The position numbers were made by a program, and so were the translations under genes. Of a stretch of 64,000 bases of DNA, positions 45,667 through 58,189 are shown one piece after another. The stretch covers positions 1,240,001-1,304,000 of the forward strand of contig ML978121.1 of the NCBI GenBank assembly GCA_010015805.1, in the 5' to 3' direction. The notes under the pieces are model-generated. The model was not told the DNA's origin, did no database searches, and saw only the letters and a program-made list of their open reading frames with translations. The first letter of the stretch is position 1; each line of letters starts with the position of its first letter. Origin of the DNA: Rhizodiscina lignyota (taxonomy: Eukaryota).

Positions 45667-48600
45667 TCACGCAAACTCAACCGCCGATTCGTACTGACTC
45701 TCCTCATTAATGTAAGAGTAAAAGTCAGTCGACTCCTCTGCATCCGCATCCCAAGCTTCATCCTCCACTTCTCCTTCTTCATCATCAACAACGTCAGGTT
45801 CGTTCGGAGCCGCGACCAATCCGCCAATGCTTACACGTCCGCCGACTCTCTCTTCAAGTTTAGTAGGGTTCAGCTTCCGCGGCTTCATTCCAGCCCACAT
45901 ATCCCTTGTGACTAATCGGACGCCATCATTGCCCCACCGGCCACCGACTGCGAGGGCCTTAAGATGTGCAAGCTCTCTTCCTGCCACGTGGAATACCATA
46001 GTATACTTATGCCAGAACTTGACGTACAAAGCTGACGCCTTCAGCAACAACCATGAGGTCAGTGCCCCTTTCACGACCTCGGTGTTGTAACGTTTGACGA
46101 CCTCGGGAGAGTGATTCGACGGCTCGAAAGACAAGTACCTTTGATGAACGTCTTCGAGCGTGGCATTGTAGGTGTCGGCGTCTAGGCCGTCCGTATTGAC
46201 CGCAAGCCGTACACTCCACTCTTTGCGCCACTCACGCACCTCTGCCTCGAGTATTTTGAGCTCTCTCAGTTCGTCATCTCTGGTGTTCGAAATTTGGTTC
46301 TCGAAGACGTACGTCAGGTCGGGGTCTGGCCCTCGCGGATCCGGATCCGGACGTGGCAAGCCAAGCAGAGTTTGCAAGAGTTTCAAGGTTTCCAATACGT
46401 GCGGCTTGATTGTGTCGAAATACAAGATGTCCATAAACTGTGTACGTGGCATGTGCGCAGGTCGGTTTCTGAATGCGCTTTTCTCGGGGCTCTTTAACTC
46501 GTCAGCTCCTTTCTTGCCGGTGTACATTTCTTCATAATCCCACTCCATCTCTATCTGGTAATCGGGTTTGGGATACTTCCGAGATCCGCCGACGCTTTTC
46601 AGAAAGGAGCTGTACTTGTAATTGTCATAGAGATATCCGTTCTTCGCCGAATCGATCAACAAATCGTGGAGATCGGCAACTCTTTCGACTTCCGGAGCGA
46701 CAATGCTATCCTTCCAATATGATAGGGTTGTGAAAAAATTAGTGACCAGGCCAAGGAAACTTGGCTTTGATGCAAAACGAAAACTTTCATTGAGAAACCG
46801 GTCGATCTCCGATGAGTCGTCACTCGCATGATGGGTATCCATAACATCACAGATGCGCCGTCGATCAACTTGTATACCGAAATCGTCAACGTTCGGAGAC
46901 CCAAGTGGAGCAGGTGCATTTTTGAAAGGTCCAGTGAGGTCTGGATCCCAGCAGACCCAAAATGTATCACCATCGTAGTCTCCTCCCTGAAGTTTTGCTG
47001 CAGACGGGAAGTTTCCAGTCGTAGGAAAGACGATCACATCGCGGAGATGGCTCAGCTCGAGCTTGAAAACGGCTTTGTATTTCTGAATATCCGACCGTCT
47101 CAATGCTGGATGCCGAGCGATGAGGACTTCGACATTGTGGAGGAAGTTGTAACTGTCTCCGGAGATCTTGTCCTTGAATGTTTCAGAGAAACCAACGTGT
47201 ATCTCACCAGGCTTCAAAATGCTCTGAGATGGGTCTGCAATACCCAATAAGTTGCAAGATCGTCCAATGGGAAACCGTAAATTTTTCATCATCCGCGAGT
47301 AGTAACGTGCAATGAGTCTCTGTGTCACACTACCCAGAAAGGGGTTTGAGCGCGGTGAGAAGCCAGATTCCAATAGAACCACAATTTTCTCCAATAGAGG
47401 CAGAGGTAAGCTTGCTTGCCATCGCATTGGACGGTCTCGATCAAGTTCTTCGAGATTTCCATGGACTTCGGAAAGCCAGTGTCGAAACTCAATCGAGTCT
47501 TCCATGACGCTGAGAACCTTTTCTCTGTCTCTGTCCAGCTGTGATGCTATATGGGTCATGATTGTTTGCTCTGGGATTCCGCGGTCAAGAAGAATAGGGA
47601 AAAATGATATATGAAGGCTCGAAGGAATAGGTGAGCGTGAATCCTTAAGAACTTCAAAAGTCAAGCGATTTGGGTCGAAATCCATCCTGTGCGGAAGGTC
47701 TGCGTCGTGGAAATCAAACTTCAACTGACTATTGTTGATTTCAATCCAGATGCTGTTGTGATCAGGATCTCGGCTGTCTGACTCTGCGCTCCGCATCCAG
47801 ACGCCTTTGGCCCCTCCCATGCGAGCTTGAAATGCGCTTGGAATTGGACCAGATCCGCCTAATGCGTCCCAAACTGCTCGCGCAGCACCAAGCGAGATGC
47901 GAGCGCAACCATCGTTCATGACCTGTTTCTCCCCACTCCCGCTATTGCTCCAATCGAGTGATGTATCATTGAAGGTCTGGTCTTCGGGCGTGTCGTCAGC
48001 GAGAATATCTGGAACAAGCTTTATCTGGTCAGGCCTGAACACAATAGTAGGGACTGTTTTCGATAATCCCAGGTCAAGCCTCGAATAGGCCTTGCAGAAC
48101 GTTTGGTGAGAATTTTTGTCAAGCGGTATGAACCACTCGATGAGATCGGCAATCGTGGCACTGGGCTTCGACGAGTATCCACCAGCTCTGTATGGACGTT
48201 GAGTTGAATTCTTCTTCATAATATCACATCCATCCGTTGCGAACAAGACGACGCGCTGGCCAAATTCATCTTTGAGTCTGTATAGGCTCCTCTCTTTCTT
48301 TTTCGCGGCGACATGAAAGGCACGCCACGTTCTCCCAAGGAAGGATTTCTCAACCATCAGCCACTCCAGGAGCCTCTTTTCCAAATTTTCATTTTGCCCT
48401 TTCAGTAAAGCTCGTGTCTGTCCCTTTGCCTGGGTTGCTGCAGGGATTTCCAGATAAAGAAATCTATCGGCTCCAAAAGCGCGCTGAAACCTGCAAGATT
48501 TTGGACCCAACTCCAGTGGTTCAAGATGGAGCTTAAACAGAGGATCAGACCTCTTTTCATTCCATGAAAGTTGGGCTTTGAGATTAATGTTGCGAAAGTC

Positions 48601-50236
48601 TCTCGTTGCGGCATCCCAGGCTTTTGATAAGCCTTTTGGAGGGAGTTTCAGATTTGGCATCCGAGGGTGATTCAAGAGGAAGGACCAAAAGGCATCATAT
48701 GATGCGTAAGTTTCCGTGTGTGGAGGAAGAATATCGGATACCTGCAGATCGTTCTCCAATGCGACTCGAGTGCACTCCCACAGCAGTCGAAATGGCACAT
48801 CTGTTGAAAGCGCTCCAGCATCATCCGCGAATAGGCCCTTTTTAGGGATGTCACGTACTTGGTAAGTTTCCATCCCAACATTCGTCGCGGACAAGGGAGG
48901 TTGTCCATCAGCATATTGGCCCGCTGCCGTAACCAGGTCAGAATCCGCCAGAGACGTAGAAGCGGAACTATCAAAGATTTGCGGAGGGCTAACATCGGGC
49001 ACAGTGATGTCAGTGTTAAATGAAGTATTGCCCTGTCGATCTGAACTTTCCGGTATTGTGCTTTCAAATGACGGCATACCAGAGGTTGGAGCTGAAGGCA
49101 TAGACGAATCAAACGAGGGTTGTGCTGGTGGGGGCATCATCTCAGCCGACGCGCTGCGGGCATTAGTTTCCGCAATCGGGGCCTGATGTACTGCTGAATC
49201 GGCAGATTGCCGGCCACTCGACGTTCGCGTGTATTTGGGGGAGAGTGTTCTGCCCGGAGGTGGTATTTCCTGTGATCTCTTCCTGTTGTGTGCCCCTCTT
49301 GAAGAAAGACGGTTCGAATGGCTGTGAGATCCATTGCTCAATCGTCCCACTGAGCTTGAACTAAATGCAGAATATTCAGCGAGTCTTTCCATAGAGTCGG
49401 TATCAATGGAAACTCTTGTTGGAGACTGAGGAGGCGTTGCGAAGTCATCCATATCTTCGGAGTCCGACATGACCGACGGCTTCTGAGGATCACTGTCATT
49501 CCTTGCAGAGAGCGCGTCGCTGCCATCTGCAGTAAGATAAGTACGATGTACGTCTCAGGCGTGCCATGCAGAATGTGATTGCTTTGAACATGCAGGGGAT
49601 GAGAACCGCTGGATGATACTGGAATAACATTCCAGTTGCTCTGCAAAAACACGTAATATCGTAATTCCTTTTGATAAACTCGAGAGATCAAAGCCGATGT
49701 GAAGATTCACACTTACTAGACAAACGGTATGAAGATGCACTTGCAAGCTCCGACAGGTCCCTGCTATTGACTTCTTGATGGTGCACATCAACGGCTTGAA
49801 CGGACTCGCGCAGCCTTGAGGTCAAAGAAGTCACGCTCAAAGACGTCGTTGGCACATCCCATAAATTCGCATGGGTCAGCGGCGCTCCATTACGCTCCAC
49901 ATACGCCCTCCCCGTCTCCGCTTCGAGCAAACGCCGGAGCAGAGTAACTTTCTCAGGCCTGGCACTGCCGGAAAAGACCCGCTGAGAAAAGTCGCTTAGA
50001 AGAGCCTCCAGACGGTCGTGCTTCTGATAAAACAGAAATTGGATTTGCAGACGGCACCATTCTGGCTCTGTACCTTTATTTTTGGCTGGGGACCAGTCAT
50101 CTGCTGGAATCGGAAGATCTAGATCAAAATCGATGTTTAGGGATCGGTAAAGGTTGGTGAGTTCTTTCCCGTCTCGTTTGCGCCTTGGAGTATTTGGCAG
50201 CGGAGCTGTAACTGGGACTTCCATCGTCCTACTCAT
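45667..50236 (-). CDS. qde-1: RNA-dependent RNA polymerase, QDE-1 (quelling) type; exons 50236-49717, 49526-45667
   Basis: MNDGCARIS, PSAFQARMGGAKGVW, VLIARHPA..SDIQ and catalytic LQGGDYDGDTFWVCWDP match Neurospora QDE-1 motifs. A 190-nt phase-1 GT-AG intron joins the upstream ORF. Confidence 0.9.
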
Positions 50237-50892
50237 CTTTGGGCATGACAATGGTAACAATGTGAAGATAAGATGAGGAATTGAAAAGCAAGTAAGCGCT
50301 CGTTTGCATCAAGTGAAGCGATCAATTCCAAGATTCACTGAGTCAAGGCTTCGGAGCAAGGCTCCTCTGCCTGAGGCAGAAAAGAGAATGTGCCTGAGGA
50401 TCTTTGGATATGCAGGGTCGGAGAGACGTTGACAAGGCTGCAAGTGGAGTTGGACGAAACATGGAACGCTATCGCGCGCCGGGCCGACACGAGATCACGT
50501 GCGCATAATTAGGTTGCGGCTAACTATATGAAGCTAGCTACGGGCTGAGGTACGAATACCAATTACGAGCGTCGTCGAGAGGTGCCCCGGAGTGTCGCGT
50601 GCCACTAGTAGATCGGACCAACCACGACCAGCATATAAGTGGCTGTGATACGCTCATTATTGCGATCGTCTTCCCTGAACATGACGACTGCAATTGTGGA
50701 ACTCTACTTAAAAACCTCCTCGCTCACTATACTTGCAGCATCTCCTTCTTAGTACTCCACACATCTACACAATCCCTTTGTCGTACACCCAGCCGCTACG
50801 AATCATCAGACGAAGCAGGACTGGACCCATTCCAATCCCATTGAGGCCCATACGTATTCCGTGGCGGATATAATACCTCACATTCCTGCAAC

Positions 50893-51321
50893 ATGGCGGG
50901 TGTCATTATCGCCTGTACTGCAGTTTTAAGCCAACGCATGCGCGATAAGCGAAACGAAAAGAAGGCCCGAGAAGCACAATCACCAGCTGGCCTCGACGCG
51001 CAAATCGCTTCAAAGCAACGCCGATGCCCACGTCAAAACCGCAGCAAGTGGCGTCGACCGTCGTCTTTAGACCAATCGAGTCTACACCAAACGTCACACG
51101 AGCCGCCGCCTTCGTACGACGATGCAATCAAGGATATAATTAGGGGGACTGCACTGGACCCAGAGAGGCAGTATACAAATACAAGCACGGGCACGAGCGG
51201 TGGGCCTGAGAGGCAAACCACGACAAGCGGACTGGAGAGTGAAGCGAGGAGACGGAGCAATGCGGTGCCGCTGGAGGGTGACGCGATGATTGAGACGAGA
51301 GATATGGCGGTAGCTTCGTAG
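50893..51321 (+). CDS. Hypothetical 142-aa protein with short hydrophobic N-terminus, basic stretch and PPPSY (PY) motif
   Basis: caacATGG start context, single ORF between qde-1 and ALDH, EPPPSYDDAI. Confidence 0.55.
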   Translation: MAGVIIACTAVLSQRMRDKRNEKKAREAQSPAGLDAQIASKQRRCPRQNRSKWRRPSSLDQSSLHQTSHEPPPSYDDAIKDIIRGTALDPERQYTNTSTGTSGGPERQTTTSGLESEARRRSNAVPLEGDAMIETRDMAVAS

Positions 51322-51514
51322 GACAAGTAAGGAAGATCGTGGAGAATGATCGGTTCATCTTTATTCGGTGTCTGGGCCTTACTTTTCTATAAACTACATA
51401 TGCGGTATGTTCTTGTAATTATTATATGCCCAATTGAAGATCTTTCATCCTTGAGTACACCGCAGTCCCACAAGAGAGCGCTTGATTTCATACATTCGCT
51501 TTTGGGTTCATGAT

Positions 51515-53185
51515 CTACGGAGCGTTGATGCTGTAACTTTGGTTAGTACCATTCTCGCATGATGCTCAAGCGGACTCACTTGATATGGATAGTCTTGAAC
51601 TGAAGGTAATCGTTGATACCCTCTGGCCCACCCTCACGGCCATATCCTGACTGTTTAAAGCCACCAAAGCCAGTGTCGACGGTAGGGAAGAAGAAGTCAT
51701 TGACTGCAACAGTGCCGGCTTCGATCTGGCGAGTAACACGGAGTGCCCGGCTGATATTCTTAGTAAAGACGCACGCAGACAAGCCAAAGATGGTATCGTT
51801 TGCCATCTCGATGGCCTCCTCCTCAGTCTTGAACGTTTGCACGGTCGCGACAGGACCGAAGACCTCCTCACGAACAATCTTCGCGTCTGACGGCGTGTTC
51901 TTGAAGATGGTCGGCTCGATAAAGTTGCCCTTGTCGCCCTTGCGCGTACCTCCAGTCACCAATTGTCCGTCCTTCTTTCCAGACTCAATGTAGCTCATGA
52001 CCCGGTCGAACTGCGCCTTGTCTGCGACGGGGCCAACCATCGTGTTCTTGTTCATCGGATCGCCGATAGCTCCGCTCGCACTGGCTCCTTCGAGAGCTCC
52101 TTTGAGCGCTCCAATAAACTGGTCGGCGATTCCCTCCTGGACGAAAATGCGAGACGCCATCTGACGTAATATATTATTAGGCACCTAGAACTTCGAATGC
52201 TTCCACGGATGAGGTAACTTACAGCGCAAACTTGGCCAGTATTCACCAAAACGCCCTGAGCGGACCTTGTCATAGATCAGCCGTACGCAGATGACATCAA
52301 GTTCCGAGAGCTTACTTGGTTACAGCAGTCTCCAAATCTGCATCGTCAAAGATGATCGAGGGTGACTTTCCTCCAAGCTCCAACGAGACACGCTTCAAAT
52401 TGCTCTTTGCCGCTGCCTCTTGGATACGACGTCCGGTAGCAGTGCTGCCAGTGAAACCGATCTGTCGAATCTCCATATGGGACGCAAGGAGTGCGCCTGT
52501 CTTACCGGCACCGTTCACAATGTTGATGACACCTGGTGGGAATCCAGCTTCTTTGATGAGAGGGCCAAGGGCGAGTAGTCCCAGGGGTGATTTTTCCGAT
52601 GGTTTGTAGATAAACGTGTTGCCAGCCGCAAGCGCTGGAGCCACCTTCCAACCAAACAAGAGGTACGACGCATTCCATGCACCGATTCCAGAGCAAACTC
52701 CAATGGGTTCGCGCTGAGAGATCTTGTACTTCCCATCCTCGCCGGGATAGCTTGTCTCTCCAAGAAGCTTATCGGCCCAGCCAGCATAATAAGTCAAGAG
52801 GTCGGCACATGCATGCGAGCCCAGCGTCTGCGTAGAGACGGCTGAGCCCATTGCGAGACTTTCCAGCTTCCCAAGATCTTCCGCCTTCTGTCTCACTAGG
52901 TCGGCAAACTTGAACAGGATTTTTGCGCGCGACGTGGGTCCCATCTTTCCCCAAGGGCCCTTGAAGGCCGCCTTAGCAGCAGCAACAGCGGCATCGATGT
53001 CTGCTTCACCGGCGGAATGGATCTTGTCCGAGACCAAGGTATCATCGGTCGGATTGTACAGAGTCAAAAACTCGCCGGATTTTGCGTCAACGTACTACAA
53101 TTGATGTGAGCATCCATTGGCTGAAGAGAATAACGGGCAGAACTACCTCATTGTTAATGAAGAGTTGTGTCTCGAACGACGCCAT
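51515..53185 (-). CDS. NAD(P)+-dependent aldehyde dehydrogenase; exons 53185-53147, 53094-52316, 52265-52223, 52160-51580, 51530-51515
   Basis: LFINNEYV, KPSEKSP, FTGSTATG, catalytic Glu in LELGGKSP, catalytic Cys in GQVC, EEVFGPV and FGGFKQSGYGREGG. Four canonical introns. Confidence 0.95.
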
Positions 53186-54563
53186 CTTGGTAAGTATTTT
53201 GTCGCCCTGATTCTCCACAAGTTGAACTGAACGGAAACGAAAGAGGGTAGAAGTAGCTCAAAGAGAGTAAAGGTAGCTCGGTGCGGCAAGAAGTAAGACC
53301 CTTGGGAGCAACATTGAAAGCATTAGGTGGAGTTCAATGCCCATTTATCTGACTTTCTCCGCTTACTTCCACATCAGCCTCGTGTAGATAGCGGAATGAT
53401 TTCCACATCTGATAGTGTATGGGGCACAGAAGGCGATTTCGTGGATACTCAGAATTTAGTCAGTGATAAATAGTACAACCGTGCGCATCGTAAAGAAACC
53501 AAACATCTTGGCTCCATGTGGAATCCTGCAGCTACTGGAACAGAAACTAGTCCAAAACCTGATAAAACATGTTACCTCCACAAATAATGAATACATCTGG
53601 AGATGGAGAGGTCATTCCGGTACGGAAACTATGAAGCTAAGGTTATTGAGCTAGTAGATATAATAGAGAGCAAATAACTACTGCCTTGCTAACTATAAGA
53701 AGTACTATTAACCGACTTCAAACGCACAAGACATATGAACTGTTCGGAAATATTCCGATGCTGCACCAACCATCTCTCAAGCGCTGTCGTCTGGAACGAA
53801 CCACGGCCCCATAGTGGGACATTTGGATACACGGTGCCGCCGTGGCGGCCACGGCGATTCAATTGGAGTCTTGGAGATTAGGATTACTCGCGCGAAAAGG
53901 ACTGACGTGAGATTCAAGAAACAACACAGAACGCAGTTAAATCCCGTCTTGGTGCGGCCGCAGGATCGCTGAGAGTTGGGCAATTGAGGCGAACGGAGGC
54001 ATGTGTTTGGAGCACTCTGTGCGTGTTTGATGCCAGGGATGGAAGTGAGAAACATGTACGAATGTAGTAGAGCAATTGCCCACTTACATAGGTTGGAGTA
54101 AGCCGGGGTGCCGTGGATGCCCATCGCGTAGGTTACACCTCTCAGCAGCAAAAGGTCAGATTTCCACAATCTGATCTGCTCCGTTACACCCTTTGCAGCT
54201 CCCCACGACCAGGCACTTATTCAGCAATTAGGCTTATTCAGCAATTATGTACTCCGTACCGGCCTTTGTGCTTAAGTTCTGTCGGTCAAAGTGACATAAG
54301 GTAAGGCCTTTGCCTGAGTGAGATTCGTAGGTAATCGAAGAGCGCCAAGCTCTCGGTTAGGTAAGTTCAGCGTCAAAGCCGAGAATTAGCCAGAATACCG
54401 AATTAATCCACACTTCATCCTCCGAACCTGACAGGCCGCTGGGCCAAACAAGCGATCAGTTGCCATCATAACTTCTCCACGCATAATGTAATACGCTTTC
54501 TGCATTGCGCTTTTCGAGCGCTTCACCTCGCCATTGGCGACATCCTTGGAGTGTCTGTTTCTC

Positions 54564-55856
54564 ATGGCCGGAATAACGAAGCATCTACAAGCGGTCCGGC
54601 GCGTTCGTATCCCATACTTTCGTATATGGTACTCCTCGACATATACCGTTCTCTTCGCTGCCACCGTAGTCTTCCTAGCGGCCACGCCCGCGGACCTCAT
54701 CTACCAGTCCATCCGCAATGACCAGATTCCCAACATCTTTGCTGTAGGCGGAACGACGCTCGTCACAGCACTACTTGCTCTCCTCGTGTACTCGACAAGA
54801 CTCTACACCAATCGAAGCGTCCTTGCGGCAATTCCGAAGCCCTTCATACCGATCGGCCATGGAGAGATCGGTCACAATGTACGGAAGCTGATAGTGCGCG
54901 AATTGCAAAGGAGCGCGTTGGTCGCATGGGATTCGAGACCACGAGATACGCGGAACGAACTTCAAAACGATGGGGATGAATTGGTACGTTGGACAACGGA
55001 GCGCATACATCAGACTGCGAGGCGGCATAGTCATATCCACGATGCGATTATCATACCTATATCTACGTTAAATCCACCATGGGGAAGGATTGGTCACGCT
55101 GGATGGTCATCACCGGCCTCGAACGACCTTCCAGACCTTCAATTCTCCTCCGTCATACGGGAGTTGCCCAATCTCATTGAGGCAAAAGCTGTGTCTCTGG
55201 CACCTCCCGATCCAACATTTGCACCAACAGCGGCACAACAGAGCGCAGGTATAGCGCCGATCCCAGACGAACGAGTCGTTGAACTTCTCCGACGGCCGCT
55301 CGGACTGGGTTTGAGGGAATATCTGGCTCGACTTGCAAATTTCAACCTAATCAATCCGCCCTCCCTGGGCGGTTCATTTCTCAAGCAATACGAATACGCG
55401 CGATTCTCAACCGAAGCGCTTTCCGAAGCGCAATTTAGACAACTAATGGCTACATTCGCCGAAGTACTTGCGAGCATGACTGAACTTGACCCGGTTATAC
55501 TCGTTGACATTCTCCAAGCTCAGGGCGCATTCGATTCGGACTCGTCCAGCTTCGCGCCTTCGACATCCACTTCAGGGTCAGGAAGCAGCGACACTGGTTC
55601 TGTTAGACGATATCAAACCCCTGGCCCTTCATCGTCCGGGGTGCGTAGTCCGAGCATGGTTACAGCTCGCACTGCGCCGTCGCGAATACGTCGAGCTAGT
55701 GAGCGCACAAAAACAATGGTGAGCGCGCAATCGCATGTATCGGATGATTCATTCACCAGGACCCGACTCGAGCAGGATGAAGAGAATGATGGCGATGAAG
55801 AGTCTTTACGATCAACCCAATCAGTCATGAGGCACCACTCTACCGCCTCCGATTGA
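54564..55856 (+). CDS. dlt1: Dlt1 (defect at low temperature 1)-family membrane protein
   Basis: Two N-terminal TM helices, RLYTNRSVLAAIPK, WGRIGHAGWSSP, ELPNLIEAKAVSLAP and YEYARFS, with a Ser-rich tail. Confidence 0.75.
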   Translation: MAGITKHLQAVRRVRIPYFRIWYSSTYTVLFAATVVFLAATPADLIYQSIRNDQIPNIFAVGGTTLVTALLALLVYSTRLYTNRSVLAAIPKPFIPIGHGEIGHNVRKLIVRELQRSALVAWDSRPRDTRNELQNDGDELVRWTTERIHQTARRHSHIHDAIIIPISTLNPPWGRIGHAGWSSPASNDLPDLQFSSVIRELPNLIEAKAVSLAPPDPTFAPTAAQQSAGIAPIPDERVVELLRRPLGLGLREYLARLANFNLINPPSLGGSFLKQYEYARFSTEALSEAQFRQLMATFAEVLASMTELDPVILVDILQAQGAFDSDSSSFAPSTSTSGSGSSDTGSVRRYQTPGPSSSGVRSPSMVTARTAPSRIRRASERTKTMVSAQSHVSDDSFTRTRLEQDEENDGDEESLRSTQSVMRHHSTASD

Positions 55857-56124
55857 GTTCCCGTACGACATTGCATGCGTTATTACATTGTTAATAGACT
55901 TGGACAACCTCAGCCACAAGTGGGATATGAAAGCTTTCGTCGCGCTTCCCGCTTCAAAGCGCTCTAATGTCTAGTAACCAAGCAAAAAATAGCTAATGCT
56001 AAAACGCCATGTGCGACATGCAGATCGTGTTTTCATATACGCTTCCAAATTTTGCAAGCCATTTCAACAAGTCATTATTAACACGCCTTCCTCGCTCACA
56101 GCCCGATTCTTGTCTGTATCCGGT

Positions 56125-57281
56125 TTACCAGCTTACCAGTCCCTTACATCTGTCAAATCCTCCTCTCAGCTGCCTCTCGGGCTTGACCAGCTTTCCTTGT
56201 AGGATGGTATATCTCACAATGTTTTCACAGTCCTCTGGCCGCACTCTGGCCAGCCATATGCATTGCGCTGCTTCCTTGTTCACCTCCTCAGCTTTACTTT
56301 CTTGTCCATTAGTACCATTAGACTCCTCTTCGCCGTCTTCTTTGGCGCCCTCCTCGACCTCGGCGACGCTACCATTCATCGCAGGCCCTGCCCCTGCAGC
56401 ACCTTCGCGTCTGTATATTATGACGTTCGCAGAGAATTTATGTCCGCCAACATGGCTGATGAAGTATATTCCCACGCCGCCTGGTCGCTCATCATGCAGG
56501 TCGCGATATAAGCCCAGCGGTCGCAGGTGACGTTCGAATTCTCGCCGAAGGAGTGGCGCAGACTGCCCACAGCGTGCGTCGCGGGTTTTCTGACTGCACA
56601 GAAGAATGAGGTAGTTGTGGGGACAGGGACGACTCGTTAAGCCGGAAGAGATGGATGTTGGAAGGGCCGGCGTGAGAGGAGGAGTAGTGAGCGAGGAGAA
56701 GGGCGTAGCGGGATGTGGGAGCGGCGTAGTGTTGGTCGAGGAAGTGTTGATGAAGTGCGATATGAGATCCGGGACGGTTTTAGGTGTAACGTGGTCTATT
56801 ATGGTGAAGGATGGGAGGAGCAGGACTGAGGTATGGTCGCCGTGATCAGGAATGGGCATGTTGGAGGCGGAGAGTTTGAGTTTCTGGAGGTCGTATGAGC
56901 AGTTTGAGTTGACGCTGCGACAGCAATACCTACCCCATTCGAGATATTCCCCCTAAACTTATCAACTGCCTCCATGATACTGCCCTTCTCGTCGGCAACA
57001 TCTCTCACCCAATCGGTCTTTCCAGTCGCAACGACCAGATGTGTGCTCCATCCATCCACGCGACCATACAAGTGCTCACTCTCGTCAATGCTGAATTTAT
57101 TCGGGTACTTGATCGTACAGCTCGCGCAATCGTGCAAACAATCGTCACCGTCCACTACCGCGTTCGTCTTTGGGAAAAGCGCACCCTCCTGCGCCTTGCT
57201 GAACCCATTGTCCCTCGAGAGGTCAGTAGACGAGCCGGTGGGCGTGAGCCTGGCAAGCACAGATTTGAAGGTGAGCGCCAT
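56125..57281 (-). CDS. Sucrase/ferredoxin-like thioredoxin-fold [2Fe-2S] protein (Apd1/Aim32 family); exons 57281-56934, 56883-56125
   Basis: TGKTDW, C-X8-C (CSQKTRDARC) and HVGGH bis-His motif, and WLARVRPE. 50-nt intron. Confidence 0.9.
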
Positions 57282-58189
57282 TTTCTTCGAACGCAGAGCA
57301 AAACCGGCTGGATGTTGGGATTGAGGAGCAGACGAGCTCGTGACAGCTGCAGGATTCACGTCATTCTTATTCCGGGACGCGTCCATCTCAATTTCCAGGG
57401 AATGGGCCGAAAGGGCCGCCGATGGGATTTGTGAGAGGGCGCGGAAGAGATGCGCGGCAGGGAGTGATTCGGCACGCGCGCCGGCAGTCGGTCTAATCTG
57501 ATTGATAACTTAATTTCAGCGTCTGCCTGCCTCGCGGCTTGGTTAAGTCCGACGCGTGAGAGGCTGACTGGACAAATGTGATACAAAGAACGTGTAGATG
57601 CCAGAACAGATCTTGGGCTACGCAAGCCTTTTAAACCGTTGTTTTGGAATCGTTGAGGCTGATTGCCATGCCTATTCACCTCCCATTGCGTGGCCTTGAG
57701 GCAGCTCAGGTCGGCGATAGGTGCAAACGCCGACAGACCTCAGGCAGCGGTCGGTAAATTTTCTTACCTAGGGCCAGCAGGAATGTGTCTCACAATGGCC
57801 ATGTTGGATCCGAGAAGGCAGGAATCATGCTACACGCAAGCTGACTGTCTAACCGCTCCGCTTCGGGAGATCTCCCTGCTGGTCGAGTCTGGAGCTGGTC
57901 AACGATATACACAGTGGGTAAACTGAACCACATTTGCTCGCATGGAAGGCATACATTGTGCAGTTGTCGTTCGATGGACAAGGACATATATAATCATCCT
58001 TAACATCAAGAGTCTGAATGGTCCTCTTTCATGAAAACAGCGGTACACTAACGCCATGACCACACCGTTGATTTCCATCTACGTTCCTCACAGTTGGAGC
58101 ACACCTCTTCCATCTGGTATCTGCGACACTCTCCGTTATGAAACTCCATTTCATCCAATTTCACAATCATACATTAAAATTCGGTTCAA

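Noticed and set aside
54216..54248. Direct repeat CTTATTCAGCAATTA x2 upstream of dlt1
   Set aside because: Two-copy local duplication with no spacer array or element context. Not CRISPR-like.
54564..57281. Dlt1 and Apd1-like convergent adjacency as a novel module
   Set aside because: Both are widespread fungal housekeeping-type genes. Adjacency is best explained as ordinary microsynteny.
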